Shown: positions 1 to 9,538 of the stretch, piece by piece | Layout: every line of letters starts with the position of its first letter | How positions within the stretch are numbered: the first letter of the stretch is position 1 | Assembly: GCA_002788775.1 (NCBI GenBank) | Contig: PFRX01000028.1 | Span: 18,959-82,958 of the forward strand | Origin: Candidatus Peregrinibacteria bacterium CG_4_9_14_0_2_um_filter_53_11 | GTDB taxonomy: Bacteria > Patescibacteriota > Gracilibacteria > UBA1369 > UM-FILTER-53-11 | Length of the DNA: 64,000 nt | Direction of reading: 5' to 3' | The notes under the pieces: model-generated | Database searches by the model: none | Seen by the model: the letters and a program-made list of their open reading frames with translations, nothing else | Told to the model about the DNA's origin: nothing | Made by a program: the position numbers and the translations under genes

Positions 1-86
1 ATGTCACTAAGCGGAACGTGCCCGGGAAAAGGAAATAAGCTATACTTTATGAAGTATAGCTTCTAACTATCTCATTAATAAATCCT

Positions 87-749
87 ATGCAAACACAGAT
101 ACAGAATGGTCAGATCGGAGGCAGCCAGACGGGCGGGGCCCAGCAGATCACCGCATCACTCCTTATACCTACGGTCATCGAAAAGACCAATCAGGGTGAG
201 CGAGCTTACGACATCTACTCGCGCCTTCTTAAGGATAGAATTATCTTTTTGGGCTCGGCCATCAACGACCAGGTTGCGAACTCGATCATCGCCCAGCTTC
301 TCTTTCTTGAGAATGAGGATCAGAAGAAAGACATTATTATGTATGTACAGAGTCCGGGCGGACATGTAACGGCGGGGCTCGCCATTTATGACACGATGCA
401 GTACATCAAGCCGGACGTTGTTACTGTCTGTATAGGTATGGCCGCCTCGATGGGTGCCGTCCTTCTTACGGGGGGAGCTACGGGCAAGCGTTTCTCACTC
501 CCCAATGCCGAGATTATGATTCATCAGCCGCTCGGAGGTGTTGAGGGCCAAGCTTCAGACATCGCCATTCATGCCGAACACATCCTCCGCACAAAAGACC
601 GTTTAAATAACATCATTGCAAAACACTCGAAGCAGAAGTTGTCCAAAGTTGAGAAGGATACCGATCGTGATAACTTCCTGACGGCGGAGCAGGCACTCTC
701 GTATGGTCTTATCGACAAGATCATCGAGAAGCACCCGGCTGCCATTTAA
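87..749 (+). CDS. clpP: ATP-dependent Clp protease proteolytic subunit
   Basis: [26 protein letters not shown] (catalytic Ser), [13 protein letters not shown]. Confidence 0.97.
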   Translation: MQTQIQNGQIGGSQTGGAQQITASLLIPTVIEKTNQGERAYDIYSRLLKDRIIFLGSAINDQVANSIIAQLLFLENEDQKKDIIMYVQSPGGHVTAGLAIYDTMQYIKPDVVTVCIGMAASMGAVLLTGGATGKRFSLPNAEIMIHQPLGGVEGQASDIAIHAEHILRTKDRLNNIIAKHSKQKLSKVEKDTDRDNFLTAEQALSYGLIDKIIEKHPAAI

Positions 750-779
750 TAGCGATCCAAGCTGAATACGAGAACTACT

Positions 780-1367
780 ATGCGCCGCATTGTCATACTC
801 ACAGCAACCTTGGGTGGTCTTGTCCTGGGAGGGATCTTCTATCTGACCATAGCGATTTACAGCATGGCAGCTCTCGACCGTGCAGCACCTGCTGATGCCA
901 TAACAGTTCTGGGAGCAGCCCAGTACGACGGCAGACCCTCTCCCGTGCTTGAAGCCCGCCTAGAACATGCGCTCGCCCTCTATAATAAGGGGCTCGCCCC
1001 TCTTATAATTACAACCGGAGGAAAGATCGAGGGGGACCGCTTCACTGAGGCTGAGGCGGGGAAGACCTACCTTGTTGAACATGGAATCCCGGAAAGTGCG
1101 ATCCTTATGGACCAGGATAGCCTGACGACAAAACAGAACCTCTCCCGCGTCAAGGAGATCATGAATGAGAACCGTCTGGTCTCAACGATTATAGTCAGCG
1201 ACCCCTTCCATATCTACCGGGCGACCTTGATCGCAAGTGACCTGGGGCTAACGGCACTCCCCTCACCGACCCGTACCAGTCCGATAGCGGAAAACCGTTG
1301 GCTCGAGTTTGAGTTCGTTATGCGCGAGGTCTTCTTAACCATCTCGCACCTCCTCTTCGAAGCCTAG
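780..1367 (+). CDS. YdcF/DUF218 (ElyC/SanA-like) family protein
   Basis: N-terminal TM helix; VLGAAQYDGRPSPVLEARL, TGG..EA, T.QN, VSDPFHIYRA motifs. Confidence 0.88.
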   Translation: MRRIVILTATLGGLVLGGIFYLTIAIYSMAALDRAAPADAITVLGAAQYDGRPSPVLEARLEHALALYNKGLAPLIITTGGKIEGDRFTEAEAGKTYLVEHGIPESAILMDQDSLTTKQNLSRVKEIMNENRLVSTIIVSDPFHIYRATLIASDLGLTALPSPTRTSPIAENRWLEFEFVMREVFLTISHLLFEA

Positions 1368-1374
1368 TAATCTG

Positions 1375-2301
1375 CTATATCTGCTTTGTCATATCAAAGA
1401 GGCGCTCGGCGTACTCTACAATGTGACCGGCGATGTCCAGCTTGGTAGCGCCCGTAATTCCACGCAGTCCCGGATTGGCATTCACCTCTAAAATTTTAGG
1501 ACCTGTTGCAGTACGAATAAGGTCGACGCCGGCGACCGAGAGTCCCAAGATTCTGCTCGACTCAATGGCCATGATCGTCTCCTCCGGAGTAATCTCAATC
1601 GCAGTTGCACTTCCCCCTATCGCAACGTTTGCGCGGAACTCCCCACGACGTGCCTTGCGCTGCATGGCGGCAATTACCTTACCATCAACCACAAAGACTC
1701 GAAGGTCTTTCCCCTTCGCCTCACGAACATACTCCTGGATCAGAACGTGGTTGCGCTGATTCTCGCTGGGAGGACCGACAAGGTCGAGAATAGAACGAAG
1801 CGAGCGCGGAGACTCAATAATCGAGACGCCCGAGCCAAAGCTCCCCTGAGCCAGCTTGATGATCATGGGGAAGCTACCGAGCTCCTTTATTGCAGCATCA
1901 AGATAGTTCATATCGGTGACGACGAGAGTTTTAGGCACGGCGATGTTGGCGTGAGCCATGACCTGAATGGTACGGAGCTTGTTCTTAGCTCGTGCGATGG
2001 CAACGGAGCTGTTATAGAGACGGACCCCCATGAGCTCCATCTGCTTAACGAGGGCGAGATGAAGATCGATATTACTCAGGATATTCGCACTTACAATAAG
2101 TACGTCCGGTGGAATAAAGCGCTTACTCCGATAGAGAAGGCCCGGCCTGCTATTATAAAAAGTATACTGGAAGTCATTAGAGTAGTAGATGCGAGCCGCA
2201 TGCCCGCGGGCTAGTATCGCCTTTTTCACGAGCTGACTAGAATAAAGCGACTCCTTTGATACCTTAGTTTTGGTGCCGAAAAGAAGAATTCCGATTTTCA
2301 T
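1375..2301 (-). CDS. rimK: RimK family ATP-grasp alpha-L-glutamate ligase
   Basis: KNKLRT, GSFGSGV, IQEYV..KGKDLRVFVV, FRANVAIGG, GVDLI, LEVNANPG; start set at ATG 2301 (MKIGILL). Confidence 0.85.
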   Translation of the reverse strand: MKIGILLFGTKTKVSKESLYSSQLVKKAILARGHAARIYYSNDFQYTFYNSRPGLLYRSKRFIPPDVLIVSANILSNIDLHLALVKQMELMGVRLYNSSVAIARAKNKLRTIQVMAHANIAVPKTLVVTDMNYLDAAIKELGSFPMIIKLAQGSFGSGVSIIESPRSLRSILDLVGPPSENQRNHVLIQEYVREAKGKDLRVFVVDGKVIAAMQRKARRGEFRANVAIGGSATAIEITPEETIMAIESSRILGLSVAGVDLIRTATGPKILEVNANPGLRGITGATKLDIAGHIVEYAERLFDMTKQI

Positions 2302-2406
2302 AGAATCGTGGGCGGTAAAAGCCCGTGCACATTCTACGAACCCCGCTCCAAAATGCAAGGAAAACTCTGCTGTCATCGAAAAAGTGCTTGGAGTATACTC
2401 TGAATA

Positions 2407-3006
2407 ATGAGTGCACTAAGAAAAGGATCAACCATCCTACTGCTTGTTTTGAGTCTGTCGGGATGCTTCGGTGGGGGTGATTCGGCTGAGACGCCGGCAC
2501 CCGATGGCTACACCTTTTTTGAGAATGAGGAGTTCCAGATCGCACTCCCCACTGAGTGGGAGATACTCGACCCCGGAATGCTTTCCAGCTCCGTCGAGCC
2601 GACAACGGTCCTTGTGGCCCGAAGCAATCTCCGCGATCCTATCTTCACGGCAAACATCGTAATCCTGAAAAATCCCCTTGACCCCTCACCGGAGGGCCAG
2701 GCTCAGATTTCAGCTCGAGATTACGCCGGGGCCCTGCGATCAAAGCTCAAGGACACGCTCAGCAACTATCGCGAACTCACCGCCGAGGAGGTAACGGTTC
2801 CCGTTGGAGACACTCAGGTGCCGACGCTGTTTACTCAAGTTGAGGGGCGGCCTGCAAGTGAGACTGACATAAAAAACTACACCCACCTCAGCGTCGTTGT
2901 GGGCGATTACGCCTACATTGTTGTCGGAGCGGCACGAGCCGATGCCCCGGTTGAGGGAACGCTCGACAAGATCCAGTCTGCAGTCCGATCACTCAAGATT
3001 AACTAG
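2407..3006 (+). CDS. Lipoprotein, PsbP/DcrB-like fold
   Basis: Lipobox LSGC after hydrophobic stretch; F.I.LP.EW pattern; TATACT (2394-2399) 7 nt before the ATG. Confidence 0.6.
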   Translation: MSALRKGSTILLLVLSLSGCFGGGDSAETPAPDGYTFFENEEFQIALPTEWEILDPGMLSSSVEPTTVLVARSNLRDPIFTANIVILKNPLDPSPEGQAQISARDYAGALRSKLKDTLSNYRELTAEEVTVPVGDTQVPTLFTQVEGRPASETDIKNYTHLSVVVGDYAYIVVGAARADAPVEGTLDKIQSAVRSLKIN

Positions 3007-3064
3007 GCCAGCCAAAAATCTCGCGGGAGCTGTCCGCGAGCCGAGACTAGGCTGGTATTTTTCA

Positions 3065-3140
3065 TGGTGGGCGAGCCGGGGCTCGAACCCGGGACCATCT
3101 CCTTAAGAGGGAGTTGCTCTACCAGCTGAGCTACTCGCCC
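3065..3140 (-). tRNA. tRNA-Lys(CTT)
   Basis: Reverse complement GGGCGAGTAGCTCAGCTGGTAGAGC...CT-CTT-AA...GGTTCGAGCC...CTCGCCC-A-CCA; cloverleaf with encoded CCA. Confidence 0.95.
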
Positions 3141-3241
3141 ACACCTACGATCCACAGTATTAGAACAAAAAATCTGCGAAAATGCAATTACTCATTTACC
3201 ACATTTTTTAAAAACGAGACAAACCCTTTACCTAAAACTAG

Positions 3242-3270
3242 TTGACGATTTTTCGAAAGTTATGTAGAGT
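3242..3270 (+). promoter_or_regulatory. sigma70-type promoter
   Basis: TTGACG-17 nt-TAGAGT upstream of ATG 3299. Confidence 0.55.
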
Positions 3271-3298
3271 GACACCAATATATTTTAACGTACGATCT

Positions 3299-3499
3299 AT
3301 GGCCTATTCTCATACCAACTCCCGTGGACAGACGTACTATCTCCACTCAAAGAAGGTAACACTTCGTGGAGGACGTGAGCAGACAATTTTTTACTTTGCA
3401 CGCGACGAGCGTCCAGAGGCACTCGACTCGGTCCCTGAGGGATACCAAGTTGTAGAAAACAAGAAGACAGGCCTACCAATGCTCAAGCGTGCAGCATAG
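3299..3499 (+). CDS. Small conserved hypothetical protein (66 aa, MAYSHTNSRGQTYYLH...)
   Basis: Has its own promoter and terminator; protein-like composition; ATG 3299 preferred to the TTG inside the -35 box. Confidence 0.75.
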   Translation: MAYSHTNSRGQTYYLHSKKVTLRGGREQTIFYFARDERPEALDSVPEGYQVVENKKTGLPMLKRAA

Positions 3500-3517
3500 T
3501 GCGATGCCTTGATTCTT

Positions 3518-3549
3518 AAAAGGTCCCCAGCAATGGGGGCCTTTTTTTT
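3518..3549 (+). terminator. Rho-independent terminator
   Basis: AAAAGGTCCCCA-GCAA-TGGGGGCCTTTTTTTT. Confidence 0.85.
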
Positions 3550-3610
3550 GTTTTAAATATAGACGACTACCTAGCGCTCACGGTATGCTGCACAGGTATT
3601 TAACGAGGGC

Positions 3611-3696
3611 GCCCGGGTGGTGGAATGGTAGACACGCGAGACTTAAAATCTCGTCTCCTTATGGAGGTGTGGGTTCGAGTCCCACCCCGGGCACCA
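3611..3696 (+). tRNA. tRNA-Leu(TAA)
   Basis: GCCCGGG acceptor, GGAATGGTAGAC D-arm, CGAGA-CTTAAAA-TCTCG anticodon arm, long variable arm, GGTTCGAGTCC, ACCA end. Confidence 0.96.
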
Positions 3697-3792
3697 TTCT
3701 GATTCAGTAGACTCCCCAGTTAACGACTTCTCTTCACAACCTCCCCTCGCTTAGGGTATGCTACGCCCGATACGAAAGTTCAACTCCCCTGA

Positions 3793-3868
3793 GGCCGCGT
3801 AGCCAAGCGGTTAAGGCAGCGGTTTGCAAAACCGCCATGCGGCGGTTCGAATCCGCCCGCGGCCTCCA
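3793..3868 (+). tRNA. tRNA-Cys(GCA)
   Basis: GGCCGCG/CGCGGCC acceptor, GCGGT-TTGCAAA-ACCGC anticodon arm, U discriminator plus CCA. Confidence 0.96.
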
Positions 3869-3962
3869 GAGTTGAGACTCGTACCTCGCCAGAAATCGAT
3901 GGTTTTCCTTGTGGGGAAAAGCGGGTACAATAATCTTACTTAATTTAATAAAAATCACCTCT

Positions 3963-4292
3963 ATGTATACTACTTCAGTTGCGCTCTCTTTACTCTGGAT
4001 GCTCCTTCATGGAATCTTTGGTGTTCTCGTCTTGGCGGGCCTCGTTAGTGCCATCATCTGGATGGTTCGCTTTGCAAAGAAGGAGATGCTCGTGAAGATT
4101 ATGCGCTGGGCCCTTGCGGTTGGACTCATTGGAATGGTCCTCATGGCGGTACTCATCAGCTTCTGGGGGTGGGGACTTGGAGGTGGTAGCGGCTTTCACT
4201 CTCGCATGATGTGGGGCGGTGATGGATTTGGCGTAATGGATAATAAGACCCTTCAGCAGATGCAGGACGTCATGAATAACCAGAATAACTAA
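3963..4292 (+). CDS. Small membrane protein (2-3 TM helices, Gly/Met-rich tail)
   Basis: Hydrophobic helices, GGGSG..MMWGG tail; lies 8 nt before the DsbA gene; start set at ATG 3963. Confidence 0.65.
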   Translation: MYTTSVALSLLWMLLHGIFGVLVLAGLVSAIIWMVRFAKKEMLVKIMRWALAVGLIGMVLMAVLISFWGWGLGGGSGFHSRMMWGGDGFGVMDNKTLQQMQDVMNNQNN

Positions 4293-4300
4293 CTCGCGCC

Positions 4301-5032
4301 ATGAAAACTATAAAAAAAGGATCATTTTCCCTCAGGAATGTAAATCTGTGGATGATCAGCACGCTCCTTCTGGGAGGCATTGTTGTCGGCTATACCGCCG
4401 GTGGGCTTACTCCGACACCTTGGACGAGTGGAGCTAGTGTGGTAGAGGCAACTCCGAGTGAGGCACCACAAAGGCAGATTCAGATTCAACCCGTTACCGA
4501 GGAAGATAATGTTCGGGGCAGCACAAACCCAATCATAACACTAGTTGAGTACTCCGACTTTGAGTGCCCCTACTGCAAGAGCTTTCACGAGACGATGAAG
4601 TCGATTATTGCAGACTACGGTGACTCGGTTCAGTGGGTCTACCGCGACCTGCCCATTGACTCTATCCACTCAAAAGCACGAACTGAGGCCGAGGCTGCGG
4701 AGTGCGCCGGTAAGCAAGGAAAGTTCTGGGAGATGGCTGATGCTATCTTCGCCGTAACACCGTCCAACGACGGCCTCGATCTGGCACTCCTACCCGAGCT
4801 TGCACGGGAAATCGGCGTTGATATGGATGAGTATTCTCAGTGTGTTGAAGAGCGCCAGACGCAGCAGCGTGTTGAGGATAATATCCGTGACGCCGCTCAA
4901 GCGGGAGCCACCGGAACACCGTTTAATGTGGTAATGGCAGAGGGAGAGCTCATTCCTGCTGCCGGGGCCCTATCAAAGGCTCAACTGGTTCAGTTTATCG
5001 AGGGAGTTCTCAGCCGAGCAGAAGCTCAGTAG
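4301..5032 (+). CDS. DsbA/BdbD family thiol-disulfide oxidoreductase
   Basis: N-terminal TM, EYSDFECPYC, GTP cis-Pro loop. Confidence 0.92.
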   Translation: MKTIKKGSFSLRNVNLWMISTLLLGGIVVGYTAGGLTPTPWTSGASVVEATPSEAPQRQIQIQPVTEEDNVRGSTNPIITLVEYSDFECPYCKSFHETMKSIIADYGDSVQWVYRDLPIDSIHSKARTEAEAAECAGKQGKFWEMADAIFAVTPSNDGLDLALLPELAREIGVDMDEYSQCVEERQTQQRVEDNIRDAAQAGATGTPFNVVMAEGELIPAAGALSKAQLVQFIEGVLSRAEAQ

Positions 5033-5054
5033 CTCAATGAAACAGAGTAACTTC

Positions 5055-5100
5055 GGCCACGATCAGTAGACTCTCCGTCGTCTGATCGTGGCCTTTTTTT
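5055..5100 (+). terminator. Rho-independent terminator
   Basis: GGCCACGATCAG...CTGATCGTGGCC 12-bp stem followed by T7. Confidence 0.85.
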
Positions 5101-5170
5101 ATGAATAATTTATGAAAAATACCTGCGCAAAATCTTGCGCGTGTACACTCACATGCCGTAAGCTGGGCTT

Positions 5171-6283
5171 ATGCGCGTAGGAGTCGACACACAGGCACTA
5201 AATGGGGCCTTTACAGGCCACCGAATCTACCTCGACGGCCTTATGAAAGGTTTCGAAGAGCTATATAAACTAAACACCCGCGAGCTCAATCTGAACGAAC
5301 AACGAGAGGGGGCCAATGGTAACCACCAGCTTATTCGCCTAAACCTCGTCTCGCACGAGCTGCGGACGGCTCGGCGTATTCTGCATGACCAGATTCAGCT
5401 TCCCTGGGCGGCTTGGCGCAGCAAACTCGACCTGCTCTTCGTTCCGGCCTTTTCTGTCCCACTCCTCTACCCCGGGAAGATTGTCGCAACCGTCCACGAT
5501 CTAACCGCGCTGGACTATCCTGAGAACTTCCCCGCCGTCTCGCGCTTCTACTGGACGCGTCTGGTCCCCTACTCATTGAGACGTGCCGATCGCCTTATAG
5601 CAATCTCCCAGTATACAAAAGACTGGGTCGTGGAGCGGCTCGGAATTGATCCTGAAAAGATAGATGTCGTTCACTCCGCCTGCGATCAACGGTATTTCCG
5701 CACCGTCTCTTCCCAGGAACAGAAGGAAGCCTGCACGCGCAACAACCTCCCTGAAGAGTTTGTTATGATGGTGGGAACGATTGAGAAAAAACGCAATCAT
5801 GAGACTTTGATCAGGGCATATAGCCAGCTCAAGGACGCCCCACCTCTCCTCCTCGTCGGTAAGAAGGCCCACGCCTGGCCCGCACTGGAGGAGCTGATCC
5901 ATGAACTGAAACTTGAAGACCGTCTACTCGTGCGTAGCGAGATCAGTTCCAAGGATCTCCCCGCTCTTTATCAGAGAGCAGCACTGACCGTCGTCCCCTC
6001 TCTCTCGGAGGGTTTTGGCCTTCCTGTCTTGGAGTCGATGGCCAGCGGCACTCCCGTTGTCGTTGCAAAGAGCACGGCTCTCCCAGAGATTGCCGGCTCT
6101 GCCGCCCTCTTCTTCGATCCACACGCTCCTGAGGAGTTGGCAGACCAGATGGCGAAGCTCCTTCACGACTCAGCACTTCGCGAGAAGTTGAGCCAGCTGG
6201 GGAAAACCCGTGCAACAGAGTTCACCTGGCTTAGAACAGCTCAACAGACCTCTGCCGTCTTCAGCTCCATTACCACCATATAA
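5171..6283 (+). CDS. Glycosyltransferase family 4 (GT-B)
   Basis: TVHDL, EGFGLPVLESMASGTPVV (EX7E motif). Confidence 0.93.
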   Translation: MRVGVDTQALNGAFTGHRIYLDGLMKGFEELYKLNTRELNLNEQREGANGNHQLIRLNLVSHELRTARRILHDQIQLPWAAWRSKLDLLFVPAFSVPLLYPGKIVATVHDLTALDYPENFPAVSRFYWTRLVPYSLRRADRLIAISQYTKDWVVERLGIDPEKIDVVHSACDQRYFRTVSSQEQKEACTRNNLPEEFVMMVGTIEKKRNHETLIRAYSQLKDAPPLLLVGKKAHAWPALEELIHELKLEDRLLVRSEISSKDLPALYQRAALTVVPSLSEGFGLPVLESMASGTPVVVAKSTALPEIAGSAALFFDPHAPEELADQMAKLLHDSALREKLSQLGKTRATEFTWLRTAQQTSAVFSSITTI

Positions 6284-6293
6284 TCCCAACACC

Positions 6294-7610
6294 ATGAAAA
6301 TTAAAACAATCTACACCTGTGGGAGCTGCGCCTATCAAGTATCAAAATGGGTTGGGCGCTGCCCGTCCTGTGAGGAGTGGAACAGCTTTTCCGAGGAGGA
6401 GGTGAAGAAAGAGTCGGCGCAGAGCAAGAAGGTAGCCTCACATGCGCGAACGCCTCAGGCCTATGAGACGCTCCTCAATGAGGCTGCTCGTGAGTTCAGG
6501 ATGCCTCTGGGAATGGGCGAGGTGGACCGCGTCCTGGGTGGCGGAATCGTCCCCTCCTCGCTCACACTTCTAACGGGAGAGCCCGGCATTGGTAAGTCCA
6601 CTCTAACTCTCCAGATTGCCGACAAACTTTGCTCCGGCGGGAAGCGCGTCTTGTACATATCCGGAGAAGAAGCCGAACGGCAGATCGCCATGCGTGGCAA
6701 GCGCCTGGGCCTTGAGCTTAAGGGCCTAAATCTGCTGTGCGAGTCTGATCTTGAAACGGCTTTAGCCACGGCCGAAGGCGTTAAGGCGGAGTTCATCATC
6801 GTCGACTCGATTCAGGTTATGCACAGCGGAAGTGCCCCTGGAAATGCGGGTGCCGTATCACAGGTTCGCTTTTGTACTGAAGTAATAATGGAGTGGGCAA
6901 AACGACGAGGCACGAGCGCCCTCCTCATCGGACACGTTACTAAAGATGGGACTCTCGCTGGACCACGCGTCCTGGAGCACCTTGTAGACACGGTCATCTA
7001 CCTTGAGGGAAGTCGTCAGGGCGAACTCCGCATCCTCCGAAGTGTGAAAAATCGCTTTGGGAGCACAAGCGAGGTCGGCCTCTTTGAGATGAGTCAGGAG
7101 GGCCTCCTAGAGGTTACCGATCCCGCCGCCCTCTTCGTCCAGGAGCACGACTCGAAAAGTTTTGGCACCGCGCTTACAATGACCTACGAGGGAAGCCGGC
7201 CCCTAATCCTCGAGATTCAGGCACTCACGAATACGACCGTTTTTGGCTACCCCCAGCGAACTACGAGTGGCTTTGATGGCAAGCGGCTCCAGCTCCTCGT
7301 TGCTGTTCTTGAAAAATATATGGGTGCCAAGTTGGGAAATCAGGATATCTACATCAACGTCGTCTCGGGCTACAAGCTCACCGACCCCCGTGCTGATCTG
7401 GCTCTCTGTCTTGCGATCCTCTCGTCCTACTACAAAAAGCCTCTTCCCCAGCAGACGGTCTTCATCGGGGAGGTTGGCCTTGCCGGAGAGGTAAGAAGTG
7501 CTACGCGTGCTGCAGCCAAGTACCAGAAACACCTAGCCCAGCAGGGCTTCAAACTCTTCGAGACGCCAAAAGCTATGCGCGCCCTCTCCAAGCTGCTCTT
7601 CTCTGCCTAG
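6294..7610 (+). CDS. radA: DNA repair protein RadA/Sms
   Basis: C4 zinc finger CGSC..CPSC, Walker A GEPGIGKST, KNRFG motif; start set at ATG 6294. Confidence 0.95.
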   Translation: MKIKTIYTCGSCAYQVSKWVGRCPSCEEWNSFSEEEVKKESAQSKKVASHARTPQAYETLLNEAAREFRMPLGMGEVDRVLGGGIVPSSLTLLTGEPGIGKSTLTLQIADKLCSGGKRVLYISGEEAERQIAMRGKRLGLELKGLNLLCESDLETALATAEGVKAEFIIVDSIQVMHSGSAPGNAGAVSQVRFCTEVIMEWAKRRGTSALLIGHVTKDGTLAGPRVLEHLVDTVIYLEGSRQGELRILRSVKNRFGSTSEVGLFEMSQEGLLEVTDPAALFVQEHDSKSFGTALTMTYEGSRPLILEIQALTNTTVFGYPQRTTSGFDGKRLQLLVAVLEKYMGAKLGNQDIYINVVSGYKLTDPRADLALCLAILSSYYKKPLPQQTVFIGEVGLAGEVRSATRAAAKYQKHLAQQGFKLFETPKAMRALSKLLFSA

Positions 7611-7648
7611 CGCTCATGCTGAAGTTATGTAAGAGCTTCGGCAAGAGC

Positions 7649-9457
7649 CTACTGAAGCAGTGCGGCCAGACGCTCGGGATCCATAGCTCCTGAACCAAGA
7701 GGTGGGAAGATGTCTTGGGGCCCGATGCGTCGAGGCATAACCGCTCCTGCGACCGTCTCAACCTGTCGCTCTTTGTAAGCACTTACACCGGTCTTCCCCG
7801 GAAGCTGTTTGCGCAGATGTGTCTCAGCAGCCAAAATTTGGACCTCGACAGGAACACGGACGGGCTTTTTTGATGAAGCTTCTCCGCCTGCGAGCGGCCG
7901 TGCAAGCTCAACAGGATACATCCCCTGCAGCTTTGCAACTCTGAACCCACCGGATGAGTGCGTATTGCCCTCGTTTGAGTCCCACAGATAATTCTCAAAC
8001 TGTACGTCTTGCAGGCCAAGCTGTTCGGTGAGATACCGCGACAGGCTCGTCATAACGTCCGTAAGTTGATTCCTCTCCGTTTGATCGAACTGATCAAGAG
8101 GCTTACTAATGTTCACTACGAGAGTAAACCCAACGTTGTCATCAATACTTTCGAGCGAGACGGGGCGGACGTCAATAGTGGCATCCGGTAGACCCTGATT
8201 AGCAAGCCGTGCCCTCATTTCAGCCAACTTTTTCCGAGCGAACCCTCTCGCCTCATCATCCGCGTCATAAGAGGTAAGGATACCTTCGCAAACAGCCCTG
8301 TGGGCATCACGGGTAACCAGCTTGAGGACAGCTGAGAGGGGGGTCTTCGCACGAGCTGCATAAAGTAGGCGGTCCGGCTGGGATATCAGCTCACCCGCCT
8401 CGGCTAAGATTTGGCGAGTCTGATGACTCACAAGACGGGCACGCTGCCCAATCTCTCCCTCCTGCCCCCAGTCGGCACTGGCAGTCATCCCCTCTTCCCC
8501 AAGCTCTTCCTGCATGAGATGAGCAACAACCGAGCGCGGAATAGCCATGGGCCCCAGAGCATTTCCACTATCCCAGACAGATTCAGCAAGAAGGTCCTCG
8601 ACCTCGGCACGAACCTGGTTATGAGCCTCGAAGATAGGATTTGAGCGGATAGAATAGAGAGCGATACCCCAGATCAAAAGCCTCAGCGCTTCGAATCTCT
8701 TACGCATAGATTGTTCACGATCCCAAAAGATATCCATTAAGTTGGTAAGACCACGTGTCGAGAGGTCGGCGAAGCTGCTGAAAGGTTGACGAGCGGATTC
8801 GTTGGTAACAAGCTTTGGGATGAGCGTACCGTCAATGAAGGAGAAGGCCTCATCGAGGGATTCACGAACATCTGCTTGTGCGTCTCGCATCCAGCGGACC
8901 AGACGGATGAGCCGCGGAGACTGGGCCATCTGATCCTGTGTCAGCGTAGGCAGGACCTCCGCATAATGGTCAATCCTATCAACGGGAAACCAGTTGGGAA
9001 TAAGAGTTGCAAGAGGTGCCGTAGCAACATCGTGCTCACTGTGCCCTCCCTCAGCGACACTGCGTCCCCGTGAAAAGGTACTTTTGGGCAAAAAGCCGAG
9101 GACGTCGAGGATTTCCGCATCGGCAACTCTCTCTGCCTCATGGCGCGCACGTATCTGTCCTATACGAGCAGCGGCGGGGGTCTCACTGCGGCTACTACTC
9201 CTTCTGGAACTTGCAGAAGTGAACTGAGCGGCATGCTCACCGTAGTGAGCCATAATATCTTGGATACGCTCGACACGCGTAGGCATCTCCTCTCTTCCCA
9301 GTACTTCGGGAGAGAGAAATGGCCGCAGCCGCTCGATCAAAAGGTTCACGAGCTGAGCGTCGGTCACCTCGGGATGAGCCATGAGGTCATAGGCACGCTC
9401 GGGGTCGTAGGCCCGGGGCAGGCTCAGAGGTGTTGGAGTTGAGTCCTCTCGTTGCAT
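7649..9457 (-). CDS. Hypothetical protein with degenerate RelA/SpoT-like nucleotidyltransferase C-terminal domain (TIGR04552/04562-like)
   Basis: Ordered motifs RAKTPLSAVLK, IDDNVGF, ENY..NTHSSGGFRV, VEVQIL, YKERQ. Confidence 0.55.
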   Translation of the reverse strand: MQREDSTPTPLSLPRAYDPERAYDLMAHPEVTDAQLVNLLIERLRPFLSPEVLGREEMPTRVERIQDIMAHYGEHAAQFTSASSRRSSSRSETPAAARIGQIRARHEAERVADAEILDVLGFLPKSTFSRGRSVAEGGHSEHDVATAPLATLIPNWFPVDRIDHYAEVLPTLTQDQMAQSPRLIRLVRWMRDAQADVRESLDEAFSFIDGTLIPKLVTNESARQPFSSFADLSTRGLTNLMDIFWDREQSMRKRFEALRLLIWGIALYSIRSNPIFEAHNQVRAEVEDLLAESVWDSGNALGPMAIPRSVVAHLMQEELGEEGMTASADWGQEGEIGQRARLVSHQTRQILAEAGELISQPDRLLYAARAKTPLSAVLKLVTRDAHRAVCEGILTSYDADDEARGFARKKLAEMRARLANQGLPDATIDVRPVSLESIDDNVGFTLVVNISKPLDQFDQTERNQLTDVMTSLSRYLTEQLGLQDVQFENYLWDSNEGNTHSSGGFRVAKLQGMYPVELARPLAGGEASSKKPVRVPVEVQILAAETHLRKQLPGKTGVSAYKERQVETVAGAVMPRRIGPQDIFPPLGSGAMDPERLAALLQ

Positions 9458-9538
9458 GACTTAGATAATATTATTAGATTGCAGCAAGCTATTACATCAC
9501 AATAGTACCCGCCTGTCAAGTTCAGGCGAGGGTGGGGT

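Noticed and set aside
3065..3868. tRNA genes as integration sites for a genomic island
   Set aside because: No duplicated tRNA 3' end, integrase or phage genes were seen in the window.
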